Assembly (NCBI GenBank): GCA_045634385.1
Contig: JAZRAE010000049.1
Coordinates: 5,453 to 69,452 of the forward strand
Origin: Eubacteriales bacterium
GTDB lineage: Bacteria; Bacillota; Clostridia; Oscillospirales; CAG-272
Length of the DNA stretch: 64,000 nt
Reading direction: 5' to 3'
Position 1 is the stretch's first letter; each line of letters opens with the position of its first letter. A model generated the notes under the pieces. The model searched no databases. It saw only the letters and a list, made by a program, of their open reading frames with translations, and was not told the DNA's origin. Shown here in pieces: positions 18,167-27,256 of the stretch. The translations under genes were made by a program, and so were the position numbers.

Positions 18167-19042
18167 TTATACCTCATATTGGTTAACCTTTTCCTCTTTA
18201 CCCGATTCGAGAGAGCGCACTATTGCGTTCATCACAAAGACAGAGGAAATAAAATCACCGTAAGAAACAGGCGACTCCGCGCCGTCAAGCAAAGCATAGA
18301 ATTCATCAAACTCACTCTTAAACCAGTTGTGCCCCTCGGTGCACTCAAGAGTCATTCCTTTTACAGATTTTTCGGACATGCGGCAGGCGTAATATACGTA
18401 ATTATTCTCTACAAACATTCCGTTAACGCTGTATGAGTCGTAATTGAACTTTACCGAAGTGACAGCATCCTTTCTGCTTGCCTCTACCGAAACGGGGTAT
18501 TTGCCAAAGATTTCGGAAACCACCTCGACAAGATGAGGCGCATAGAAGTAAAAGCCACCGTACACGCTTTCCGAGTCAAGGGGCGCTCTTACAAAGCCTC
18601 CAAGCGTCTCTCCGTCAACAAGTTCCTCTCTATCCTTCTTAAACGTCTCTACGCCCAAATCGTGCTTTAAAGATGAACCGCCCGATATGCGTACTCCGTG
18701 AGCCTTAAGCTCCTTCATGAACTCAATTGCCTCGTTCTCTTTAATGGTAATAGGCTTGTCAATAAACATAGGAATACCGCTCTTGATATACGGCTTTGCA
18801 TATTCATAGTGCAAATCACCGTGACGCGCAGTGATGATAAGACCGTCAATTTTACCGACCGCATCCGCGTAGCCATCAAGCACAGCAACGCCGAATTTTT
18901 CATTTAGAGCCTTTGACGCCGCAGGCTCGTTGCTATATACACCGACAACCTCAACATCCTTGTAATTTTCCGTATTGAAAATAAAATCAAGGAAGGTTGC
19001 CGCGTGTGAATTCTCGCATCCGAGAATAGCTATTTTCTTCAT
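18167..19042 (-). CDS. Gfo/Idh/MocA-like oxidoreductase (short form)
   Basis: N-terminal Rossmann-like MKKIAILGCENSHA and an EKP-like motif FIDKP, 291 aa. Confidence 0.7.
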   Translation of the reverse strand: MKKIAILGCENSHAATFLDFIFNTENYKDVEVVGVYSNEPAASKALNEKFGVAVLDGYADAVGKIDGLIITARHGDLHYEYAKPYIKSGIPMFIDKPITIKENEAIEFMKELKAHGVRISGGSSLKHDLGVETFKKDREELVDGETLGGFVRAPLDSESVYGGFYFYAPHLVEVVSEIFGKYPVSVEASRKDAVTSVKFNYDSYSVNGMFVENNYVYYACRMSEKSVKGMTLECTEGHNWFKSEFDEFYALLDGAESPVSYGDFISSVFVMNAIVRSLESGKEEKVNQYEV

Positions 19043-19050
19043 ATTTCACC

Positions 19051-20121
19051 TCAATATTTCAAGGGTAATGGATTCTCTGCGTGTGCAGTTTCGATAACCG
19101 AAATAACCTCACGTGCCATTTCGGGAGTAACCGGCATTTCTCTGCCATCTGTAAGCTTGTAATAAAGATGCTCGTAGAAGCTCGGCGTACCTATAGTAAA
19201 CGCATCACCCGGGAAATCCCCCTCCTCTACGTGTTTCTTAAGCTCCTCGCGGCAGTAAGCGGGGTTTCTGTCCGCGTCCTCAAGCGAGCTTTCTACAATC
19301 GGGCGCTCGGGATTTTCACCGTCAACGATATATGTCATCTTGTATTTAAGAGTTGTGGATTTATACGTACCTCTTGTACCGATAAGCTTGAGATTGTAAT
19401 CGCAGTAAGCATCGGCGGAAATAACCTCAATATCCACCACGGGCTTGCCGGGAGCTTCGATAATAATCTTGGCAAGATCGTCGGAGTCACCGCTTGTGAG
19501 AAGCATATCAAGCTTACTGTAAGCCACTCTGTAATTGGGATCAAAGTCTATAAGCCCAAGACCGATACCGACAGGGTGAGGCCCTGTATTGTAAAGGCCG
19601 CCCGCCACCTTTTTCTGCAGAGTCTGCCAATCCCAACGCCTTGCAAAACCGTTAAATCTAACACTTACTTGCTTTACCTCACCGAGCTTACCCGATGCGA
19701 TGACCTCACGTGCAAAGGTATATATGGGAGCAAGATTCGACTGTTGGAAAACAGCGAGTGTAAGTCCATTTTCCTCCGCTATCTTGATAAGTCTGTCACA
19801 TTCATATCTCGTACGGCCAAACGGCTTTTCAACAAGTACGTTAAAACCGTGGAGAAGAAGATCCTCGGTAATAGGATGATGGTCCTCGGAATAGCTCGCA
19901 TTAACAACAACATCTATATCATTAAACTTGAATAGTTCTTGGTACTCCGAAAGTGTTACGCAACCGGGGTATATCTGTTCTGCAACGCCGCGTCTATACT
20001 CATCTCTGTCAACAACGTATTTTACGTTAAAATATACATTCTTTTCACCGCGCAGATAGAAACCGTGAATATCCTTACCACTTCTGCCTTGCCCGATAAT
20101 TGCAAGATTCAGCTTTTTCAT
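19051..20121 (-). CDS. Gfo/Idh/MocA family oxidoreductase
   Basis: MKKLNLAIIGQGRSG Rossmann start and the VLVEKP motif, 356 aa. Confidence 0.8.
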   Translation of the reverse strand: MKKLNLAIIGQGRSGKDIHGFYLRGEKNVYFNVKYVVDRDEYRRGVAEQIYPGCVTLSEYQELFKFNDIDVVVNASYSEDHHPITEDLLLHGFNVLVEKPFGRTRYECDRLIKIAEENGLTLAVFQQSNLAPIYTFAREVIASGKLGEVKQVSVRFNGFARRWDWQTLQKKVAGGLYNTGPHPVGIGLGLIDFDPNYRVAYSKLDMLLTSGDSDDLAKIIIEAPGKPVVDIEVISADAYCDYNLKLIGTRGTYKSTTLKYKMTYIVDGENPERPIVESSLEDADRNPAYCREELKKHVEEGDFPGDAFTIGTPSFYEHLYYKLTDGREMPVTPEMAREVISVIETAHAENPLPLKY

Positions 20122-20211
20122 AATAAATCCCCCTTTAGGAAATAAAACTATTATATTTTAATTTTATACTTTAGTTTATGAAAAATAAATAGCATTAATT
20201 GGACTTTTATA

Positions 20212-20240
20212 TTGCAAAAACTGAAGCAAGGTGCTATAAT
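20212..20240 (+). promoter_or_regulatory. sigma-A-type promoter of the AraC regulator
   Basis: TTGCAA-N17-TATAAT. Confidence 0.5.
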
Positions 20241-20270
20241 TAAGAAAAACGAAGCCGAAAGGAGCAGATT

Positions 20271-21068
20271 ATGCAAAAGGATTATTCATATGAGGGTGAA
20301 AGTCTTTTCTTCAAGCATGAGATAAGCCACAATCTGCCAAGAGATGCATATTCAATGCACTCGCACAATATGTATGAGCTGCTTTACTTTGTCGGCGGAG
20401 ATGCAACACACGTAATCGAGGATAGGTGCTATAAGCTTAAGCGCGGTGACCTGATCCTTATAAAGCCGTCAAAATATCACTTCATAAGAATAGACTCGGA
20501 TTGCGACTATGAAAGATACGATATTCTTTTCAGCCCAAAAACAAAGAATATAGACGGTCTTGCCCTGCTTGACAGTACACCCGAGATAATCAATCTCGAG
20601 GAATATCCGATGGCGACCGAAATAATAAAAAAGACCGATTTTTATTACAAGCATTTTAAGGGCGAGGATTTTGAAAAAATACTCACGGGTCTTTTGTGTG
20701 AGCTATTCTATCTTCTCAGCGTCACCCCCGCAACCAAAAACACAGACGCGCCAAAGGTTGTCTCACAAACACTCTCCTTGGCACTTTCCTACATAAACGA
20801 TAACCTCACAACGTTATCGGGAGTCGATGAAGTGGCAAGGAGCTGCTTTGTTACTGAAAGCTATCTCTACAGACTTTTCAAAATCGAGCTACACAAGACA
20901 CCCGCAAAATATATTACGTCAAAACGTCTTCTGCTCGCAGAGCGTATGATGTCTGACGGAGAAAGTCCAACGGCGGTATATGAGAAGTGCGGTTTTGGCG
21001 ACTACACTACCTTTTACCGCAATTACCGCTCCTACTTTGGGCATTCCCCATCTGAGGTTAAAGCTTAG
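20271..21068 (+). CDS. AraC family transcriptional regulator (cupin sensor plus HTH)
   Basis: N-terminal cupin (HSHNMYELLYFVGGDA) and C-terminal AraC HTH (TPAKYITSKRLLLAERMM...GFGDYTTFYRNYRSYFG). Transcribed divergently from the sugar operon. Confidence 0.85.
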   Translation: MQKDYSYEGESLFFKHEISHNLPRDAYSMHSHNMYELLYFVGGDATHVIEDRCYKLKRGDLILIKPSKYHFIRIDSDCDYERYDILFSPKTKNIDGLALLDSTPEIINLEEYPMATEIIKKTDFYYKHFKGEDFEKILTGLLCELFYLLSVTPATKNTDAPKVVSQTLSLALSYINDNLTTLSGVDEVARSCFVTESYLYRLFKIELHKTPAKYITSKRLLLAERMMSDGESPTAVYEKCGFGDYTTFYRNYRSYFGHSPSEVKA

Positions 21069-21178
21069 AATCTGCAATTATACGTTCATTTATACCGATT
21101 ATTTAACACGGGTAAGGCTATATAATGAAATCAAGTCATTAAAACACTTTTTTAAATTACATCAAAGTGAGGGAAAAT

Positions 21179-23512
21179 ATGTACATAGGAAAGATTGGTT
21201 CAAATCTGCTGCCGAAATTTTATCACGCAAATACTAATGCCCCCCACGAACCCATAAGAAAAGAAAACGGATACGTATGGACTTGGGGTAATATATTCGA
21301 CTGCTCCGTGGATATAGTCTACACTCTTGACAAAAATTACTACATTGGGGCTGTTGAGATTAAGATCAACGGCGCGGGAGAAATATCCCTTCTTGTTGAC
21401 AGAACAAAGGTTGAGGTAAAAGATACCGCAAAGCCCGTGCACGTCAATCTCTGCGGTAAAGAGATAATTATCCGCGTAAAAGGAAACTTCAAGGACATTT
21501 GTTTCTCCGGTGCAGAGTTCTTCGGGTTCTATCCCGATGACACCGAGCCGTTTGTCCTTCCTAAACCGAAGAAGCTCGAATACACCAATAAGCGTGTGAA
21601 AATCGGAGCGCTCTGTGCATCGGACTCGGACGGTATGTTTGCAGTAGATTTTATAACGGATAGCCTTAACGAAAGATACGAAGCTATCCCTGACGGAGAC
21701 GGTATCGAACTATGCTTTTCTATCTCTCATAGCTATGACACTGAGAGATATTCAATAACAATTAATGACACTGAAGCAACAGTTACCGCAGGCTCACGGC
21801 TTGCACTTTTGTGGGGGGCGTGTAGAATTATCGACCTTTGGGATGGTGGTACACTTCCGCTAATCTCCATCGATGACCACCCCGACGTACCTATGCGCGG
21901 ATTCCATATGGGGCTGCCCCGCGTTGATAGAAAGGACTTTGTCAAAAAGCTTGCTCGCTACGTTTTACTCCCATTCGGATACAATCACGTAATCCTCGAA
22001 TTCAACGGTGATATGCGTTATGACCGACATCCCGAAATAACCGAGAAATGGATCGAATCCGAAAAGCTCTACCAAGAGGGTAAGGGCCCAAGAGTTATGC
22101 ACGCGGACATCGGTGCAGAGGGTACGGCACTTGAAAAGTCTGACGTCAGAGAGCTTGTTGAAATGTTTGATAGCTACGGTATAGAGGTTATACCGGAGGT
22201 GCAGACTCTCGCACATATCGAATACATCACCAACGCATATCCGGAATTTGCCGAGCTTGGTAAATATATGAAGACGGCATCAAAGGACGATCTTGAAAAT
22301 ATACCGCACACTCATGTTCCGGATCATTGCTACTGCCCACACAATGAAAAATGCATGGCAATAGTCCGCGATATTATAGACGAGGTAGTAGAGGTCGTTA
22401 AGCCGAAAAGATACGTACATATCGGTCACGACGAGGTGTACCACCTCGGTCTGTGCCCCGAATGCAGTAAGAAGGGCGCACCGAGAGTATACGTTGAGCA
22501 CGTAAGTCATCTCCACGATTATCTTGCAGAAAAAGGTCTTGGAACAATGCTTTGGTCGGATATGTTCCACACCAATATGTACTACACGGGTGACCACTTC
22601 GACCTCGTAAAGCGCGAATTGCCGAAGGATCTTGTCCTGCTTGATTTCACCTGGTACTTCCATCTTGGCACAGATATCGAGGACTTCCTGTTGCCCGAAG
22701 GATATAAAATTATGATGGGTAATCTCTATTCATCGCACTATCCGAGATATGCATCAAGGATCAAAAAGGACGGTATGATAGGCGGTGAGGTTTCCACCTG
22801 GACCGCCGTGTCCGAGGAAAAATTCGCCTCTAACGGAAAGTTCTTTGACCTCCCGTACATGAGTGAGATGCTTTGGAACGCATACTCCTACGATGAAAGA
22901 AACCGCGCATCGTACACCGCGCTTATCGGTCAAATCATAATACCCGAATTACGTGATCTGATGCACGGAAGATACGATCTGTATCTCGCCTCTGATCTCG
23001 ACTCGGCTGAGGTTATCGGCAGCTTCAACAGTTGTACGGATAGAATCCCCGACGAGCTATCCTATCTTGGACTCACAGAGCCAAAGGAGGCACTTGCCGT
23101 TTCGGGTAAGTTTGATAGACTTATCTTTGAACACGCAACACTCAACCCCGCACCGCGCATCTGCTGGCAGGAACTTTACTCTGTTGGAGAATACACGGTA
23201 CATTATGAGGACGGAGAGTGTGTATCTGTACCCGTAAAATCAGCGGGCGGAATACTCCATATTAACTCTCACTACGGATTGCCTATGCCCGATAACTACT
23301 ACCGTCATCAAGGTTATGTCGGCACTTGGTTTGCAGATCCCACGTACGAATACCGCACATCCGAAGGAAAGCCTGTTCTTCTGCTCGGTCAGGTGTGGGA
23401 TAACCCGTACCCCGACAAAACCATAGCTTCGATCTCCTACACGCCCGACGAAAAAGACTACGCAATACTCATCAGCGCAGGAGTCCTGGGTGTAAAAAAA
23501 CAAATAGATTGA
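21179..23512 (+). CDS. GH20-like protein (putative intracellular beta-N-acetylhexosaminidase-like enzyme)
   Basis: HIGHDEV resembles the GH20 catalytic H-x-G-x-D-E block, but the RGFHMGLPR block is divergent. No signal peptide. Start moved to the ATG after GAGGG. Confidence 0.55.
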   Translation: MYIGKIGSNLLPKFYHANTNAPHEPIRKENGYVWTWGNIFDCSVDIVYTLDKNYYIGAVEIKINGAGEISLLVDRTKVEVKDTAKPVHVNLCGKEIIIRVKGNFKDICFSGAEFFGFYPDDTEPFVLPKPKKLEYTNKRVKIGALCASDSDGMFAVDFITDSLNERYEAIPDGDGIELCFSISHSYDTERYSITINDTEATVTAGSRLALLWGACRIIDLWDGGTLPLISIDDHPDVPMRGFHMGLPRVDRKDFVKKLARYVLLPFGYNHVILEFNGDMRYDRHPEITEKWIESEKLYQEGKGPRVMHADIGAEGTALEKSDVRELVEMFDSYGIEVIPEVQTLAHIEYITNAYPEFAELGKYMKTASKDDLENIPHTHVPDHCYCPHNEKCMAIVRDIIDEVVEVVKPKRYVHIGHDEVYHLGLCPECSKKGAPRVYVEHVSHLHDYLAEKGLGTMLWSDMFHTNMYYTGDHFDLVKRELPKDLVLLDFTWYFHLGTDIEDFLLPEGYKIMMGNLYSSHYPRYASRIKKDGMIGGEVSTWTAVSEEKFASNGKFFDLPYMSEMLWNAYSYDERNRASYTALIGQIIIPELRDLMHGRYDLYLASDLDSAEVIGSFNSCTDRIPDELSYLGLTEPKEALAVSGKFDRLIFEHATLNPAPRICWQELYSVGEYTVHYEDGECVSVPVKSAGGILHINSHYGLPMPDNYYRHQGYVGTWFADPTYEYRTSEGKPVLLLGQVWDNPYPDKTIASISYTPDEKDYAILISAGVLGVKKQID

Positions 23513-23604
23513 TCGCAAATGCTTTAAGGGGCTACTTCATTTAGCCGTAACCGAAAAGAGCGATTTGAGCATTAGTTAGTAATTGCTCAAAGCATATTTT
23601 ACTC

Positions 23605-23641
23605 AAAAAAGCTGGAAATCTTCACGATTTCCAGCTTTTTG
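23605..23641 (+). terminator. terminator after the GH20-like gene
   Basis: AAAAAGCTGGAAATC-ttcac-GATTTCCAGCTTTTT. Confidence 0.85.
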
Positions 23642-23948
23642 CTCTTTTTCTATTGGTGTATCCTCTCTCAACATACACTTGTACGACTATAGTTCGTCAG
23701 CCGCCGATTTTCATCCTAAATATAGCGAGCTCCGAAAGGTGTTTTACACTAAGAATTCAGTCGTTTTTGTTTTTACAGGATCAATATACATTATGTTCAT
23801 CATCTATATTTATCTTAAGTGCCGGAAGCTCTTTAAATAAACCATACACAGCGTTACATCACCTGTTAAACATATCCTACTTACCGATTGATTATTTGAT
23901 ATTTTACCGTTTTGCTTTGTTTGATAACCTCAATATAGGTTAACGTAT

Positions 23949-24602
23949 TTATTCTTCCTTTTGCAGATTCATTAAACCATTCATAAAAGGAATAAATAAT
24001 CCTCCTATTGAATTTCCTATTACAAAAAGCAATATAGATAAGAAGGCCTTGAACGTAAAGTTTAGAGCTAAAAAGTAATAAAACATATTAGCTATAGAGT
24101 GTTCAAAACCACAAATAATGAACCCTCCAATAGCAAGCACTAAAACTACATACTTTCCAAAATTATTTTCAATAGTCTTAAAACCTTCAACTGCTATATA
24201 AACCAACATACCGCAGAAGAAAGCTCGGCCTAATGCTTCATACCAAACATAACCTATTTTAGTATCTACTATTTTTTCAAGATCTGAAAACAATGCACCG
24301 TTACCACTTGATGTAGAAAGTCTAATAGATAAACTAAATATTACAGTACCAACCAAATTACCTAACAATATGATTCCCATATCAAGTAATTTAGTTCCAA
24401 ATTTCTTTTCTTGATTACTAAATAAATAACAAATCTTACCTGTGTACAAATTGAATCCAAAATTACAAATTAAGATAAGGCCAAATGAAAATAGAAACGC
24501 GGCTAAAATATTATTGTCCATCTTGTTATTTACGCATAAATACAACCAACCGCCAAGTGAAATAGCAAGGCCTGCTAAAATACTTTTAATAAAACATTTC
24601 AT
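23949..24602 (-). CDS. formate/nitrite transporter (FNT) family channel, short form
   Basis: The CGFEHSIANMFYY motif matches the FocA/NirC signature. 217 aa, about 6 TM segments. The gene is visibly more AT-rich than its neighbours. Confidence 0.7.
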   Translation of the reverse strand: MKCFIKSILAGLAISLGGWLYLCVNNKMDNNILAAFLFSFGLILICNFGFNLYTGKICYLFSNQEKKFGTKLLDMGIILLGNLVGTVIFSLSIRLSTSSGNGALFSDLEKIVDTKIGYVWYEALGRAFFCGMLVYIAVEGFKTIENNFGKYVVLVLAIGGFIICGFEHSIANMFYYFLALNFTFKAFLSILLFVIGNSIGGLFIPFMNGLMNLQKEE

Positions 24603-24656
24603 AAATTATTCCCTAACATTTAAATAAACCAATAACAACCGATAATTATCAGATAC

Positions 24657-24691
24657 ATTAAATATTAAATATTAAATATTAAATATTAAAT
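24657..24691. repeat. perfect tandem heptanucleotide repeat (ATTAAAT)x5
   Basis: Read directly from the sequence as attaaat x5. It lies 55 nt upstream of the FNT-like start codon. Confidence 0.95.
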
Positions 24692-24903
24692 TACCCTTTC
24701 TCTTTGCGGCACCTCAATTTCAGTAAACATTTGAATACGTGTCAAGTAAATAACACTTTCAGCCTTTATTTTCACGGCAAAACCGAGGACTTTAGCCAAT
24801 GTCAACCTAAATCAAGCAAGCATAAAGCCACGCCTTTACCAAACTCTTGCCCGTAAGGTGCTCGGTGACGAGCCTTGATGACAGTCGAATAAAATTCACA
24901 AGA

Positions 24904-27081
24904 TTATAAGTGTAATACACGCTCCTGTATCTCTTGGGTTCTGCCCTGGTTCCAATACTGCGTGCCGATATAACCGCAGGTACGTCTTGCAACGTTCATC
25001 TTTGCCTGATCACGGTTTTTGCAGTTGGGACATTCCCAAACGAGCTTGCCGTCCTCATCGCTCTGAATATCGATCTCGCCGTCATATCCGCAGACCTGAC
25101 AGTAGTCGCTCTTGGTATTAAGCTCCGCGTACATAATGTTGTCGTAGATGAACTCCATTACACCGAGAACCGCATCAATATTGTTCTGCATATCGGGAAC
25201 TTCTATATAAGAGATCGCACCGCCGGGCGAGAGCTTCTGGAACTTTGCTTCAAGAGCAAGCTTTGCAAAAGCATCAATAGGCTCGGTAACGTGTATATGA
25301 TAGGAGTTCGTGATATAGTTTCTATCAGTAACGCCCTTTACGATACCGAATCTGTTCTGCAGGCACTTGGCGAACTTGTAGGTGGTACTCTCAAGAGGAG
25401 TTCCGTAGAGTGAGTAGTCGATATTCTCGGCTGCCTTCCACTTTGCGGTATACTCGTTGAGTTTCTTCATAATCTCAAGTCCAAGCTCCTCACCCTCACG
25501 CTCGGTAAGCTTCTTGCCGTTAAGTGCGTACACGCACTCCCAAAGACCTGCATATCCGAGAGAAAGCGTGGAATATCCGCCGTGGAGATACTTATCTATG
25601 GTCTCCCCTTTCTTAAGACGGGTGAGTGCGCCGTACTGCCAAAGGATGGGTGCGGCATCAGAAAGTGTACCTGTGAGTCTTTCGTGACGGCATTGGAGTG
25701 CTCTGTGGCAAAGCTCCATTCTTTCATCAAAGATCTCCCAAAACTTGCCCATATTGTTTTTGCCCGCGGAAAGCGCGATATCTACAAGGTTCACGGTAAC
25801 AACACCCTGGTTGAATCTGCCGTAATACTTCGGCTTTCCATCCTCGTCAACGTAAGGCGTAAGGAAGGAGCGACAGCCCATACAAGTGTAGCAATGTCCC
25901 TCTCCGTTCTTGTCTATTTTACTCTCGAGCATTATCTTTTCGGAGATATAGTCGGGAACCATACGCTTTGCGGTACATTTTGCCGAAAGCTCGGTGAGGT
26001 AGTAGTAAGGGGAATCGGGGTGAACGTTTTGTTCTTCGAGCACATAGATAAGCTTAGGGAACGCGGGGGTGATCCAAACGCCCGCCTCGTTCTTTACGCC
26101 CTGATATCTCTGAAGCAGAGTTTCCTCAATGATAAGAGCAAGGTCTGCCTTCTCCTGTTCATTTTTAGCCTCGCCAAGATACATAAACACGGTGATGAAG
26201 GGAGCCTGTCCGTTTGTGGTAAGAAGGGTTACAACCTGATACTGAATACACTGAACGCCCTTGCGTACTTCCTCGCGAAGACGGGATTCTGTGATCTTTG
26301 AAATAGCGTTTTCGTCGGTAACGCCAACCTCAAGAAGCTCTTTTGCAACCGCCTTGCGTATTTTCTCACGGCTAACGTTAACGAAGGGAGCAAGGTGAGT
26401 AAGGCTGATAGACTGACCGCCATACTGATTGGATGCAACCTGCGCAATGATCTGCGTAGCTATATTACACGCAGTGGAGAAGCTGTGGGGCTTCTCTATC
26501 ATAGTTCCGCTGATAACAGTACCGTTCTGGAGCATATCCTCAAGGTTTACGAGGTCGCAGTTGTGCATATGCTGTGCGAAGTAATCCGCATCGTGGAAGT
26601 GGATAATTCCCTCCTCGTGCGCCTTAACAATAACCTCGGGAAGAAGGATTCTCTTGGTAATATCCTTGGAAACCTCACCCGCCATATAGTCACGCTGTAC
26701 GCTGTTGACGGTGGGATTCTTATTGGCGTTCTCCTGCTTAACTTCCTCATTATTGCATTCGATAAGTGAAAGTATCTTATCGTCGGTGGTGTTGGATTTA
26801 CGGATAAGTTCTCTCTTATATCTATATGTAATATAAGCTTTGGCAAGGTCAAACGCGCCGAGCTTCATAATTTCCTTTTCAACAAGATCCTGTATCTCCT
26901 CGACACCTGCCGAGCGAACCATAGTAAGGCAAAGTCTCTCTACCTCAAGAGCTATATTTTCAATATCCTCAGGGGATATTCTCTGCTTTTCATCAACCGC
27001 TTCATTTGCTTTTGTAACTGCAACAATTATCTTTTCTCTGTCAAAGATAACCTCTGAACCGTTTCTCTTAATAAGTTTCAT
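24904..27081 (-). CDS. nrdD: anaerobic ribonucleoside-triphosphate reductase
   Basis: Start at MKLIKRNGSEVIFDREKI (ATP-cone). C-terminal Zn-ribbon CQVCGY..CPNC and glycyl-radical tail RRTCGYIG. 725 aa. Confidence 0.95.
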   Translation of the reverse strand: MKLIKRNGSEVIFDREKIIVAVTKANEAVDEKQRISPEDIENIALEVERLCLTMVRSAGVEEIQDLVEKEIMKLGAFDLAKAYITYRYKRELIRKSNTTDDKILSLIECNNEEVKQENANKNPTVNSVQRDYMAGEVSKDITKRILLPEVIVKAHEEGIIHFHDADYFAQHMHNCDLVNLEDMLQNGTVISGTMIEKPHSFSTACNIATQIIAQVASNQYGGQSISLTHLAPFVNVSREKIRKAVAKELLEVGVTDENAISKITESRLREEVRKGVQCIQYQVVTLLTTNGQAPFITVFMYLGEAKNEQEKADLALIIEETLLQRYQGVKNEAGVWITPAFPKLIYVLEEQNVHPDSPYYYLTELSAKCTAKRMVPDYISEKIMLESKIDKNGEGHCYTCMGCRSFLTPYVDEDGKPKYYGRFNQGVVTVNLVDIALSAGKNNMGKFWEIFDERMELCHRALQCRHERLTGTLSDAAPILWQYGALTRLKKGETIDKYLHGGYSTLSLGYAGLWECVYALNGKKLTEREGEELGLEIMKKLNEYTAKWKAAENIDYSLYGTPLESTTYKFAKCLQNRFGIVKGVTDRNYITNSYHIHVTEPIDAFAKLALEAKFQKLSPGGAISYIEVPDMQNNIDAVLGVMEFIYDNIMYAELNTKSDYCQVCGYDGEIDIQSDEDGKLVWECPNCKNRDQAKMNVARRTCGYIGTQYWNQGRTQEIQERVLHL

Positions 27082-27219
27082 TTTTCTTTTCCTTTCTTTT
27101 AAAATTCCTATATTTTGACAAGGCGCACAGATCGGTAATAATTCGGTTATCCGAGGGCGCCGTAGAGTGTAAAAAAACCATCCCTCTCCGTTTTGGGCCG
27201 GAGAGCGACGAGTAAGCCA

Positions 27220-27248
27220 ATTATACACTACATTTAGTGTTTTGTCAA
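27220..27248 (-). promoter_or_regulatory. nrdD promoter
   Basis: The minus strand reads TTGACA-N17-TATAAT, a perfect consensus. It predicts a leader of about 130 nt. Confidence 0.65.
27225..27240. promoter_or_regulatory. NrdR box 1 (within the promoter spacer, touching the -10)
   Basis: ACACTACATTTAGTGT, a 16-bp palindrome matching the NrdR-box pattern acaCwAtATaTwGtgt. Confidence 0.65.
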
Positions 27249-27256
27249 GGGCACAA

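Noticed and set aside
19081-19935. A long antisense ORF (284 aa) opposite the Gfo/Idh/MocA gene. Similar cases are 25582..26301 (239 aa, opposite nrdD), 48652..49392 (246 aa, opposite the GlpA-like gene), 4087..4767, 2610..3236 and 6567..7163.
   Set aside because: They have no RBS and no recognisable motifs, and their composition is typical of a stop-poor antisense frame of a strongly codon-biased gene. The sense-strand proteins are clearly real.
23583-23943. Two overlapping + strand ORFs (85 and 96 aa) in the AT-rich spacer after the GH20 terminator.
   Set aside because: They begin inside or right after a strong terminator, lack an RBS and are low-complexity. They are more likely decayed or non-coding DNA.
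24657-24691. Considered whether the repeat could be a CRISPR array or a minisatellite-encoded peptide.
   Set aside because: The units are 7 nt with no spacers, they lie outside any ORF, and there are no cas genes. It is a simple tandem repeat.
24690-24903. A possible riboswitch or small RNA between nrdD and the FNT-like gene (GCTCG-tcac-CGAGC hairpin, two TTGACA-like hexamers).
   Set aside because: I could not match any riboswitch consensus I know (fluoride, guanidine, preQ1), and the hairpin is short with no U-tract. It is kept only as part of the AT-rich islet finding.
27082-27215. Considered a cobalamin riboswitch or other known riboswitch in the nrdD leader.
   Set aside because: The leader is only about 130 nt and I see no B12-box-like sequence. 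NrdR boxes already explain the regulation. Only a hairpin plus U-tract is noted.
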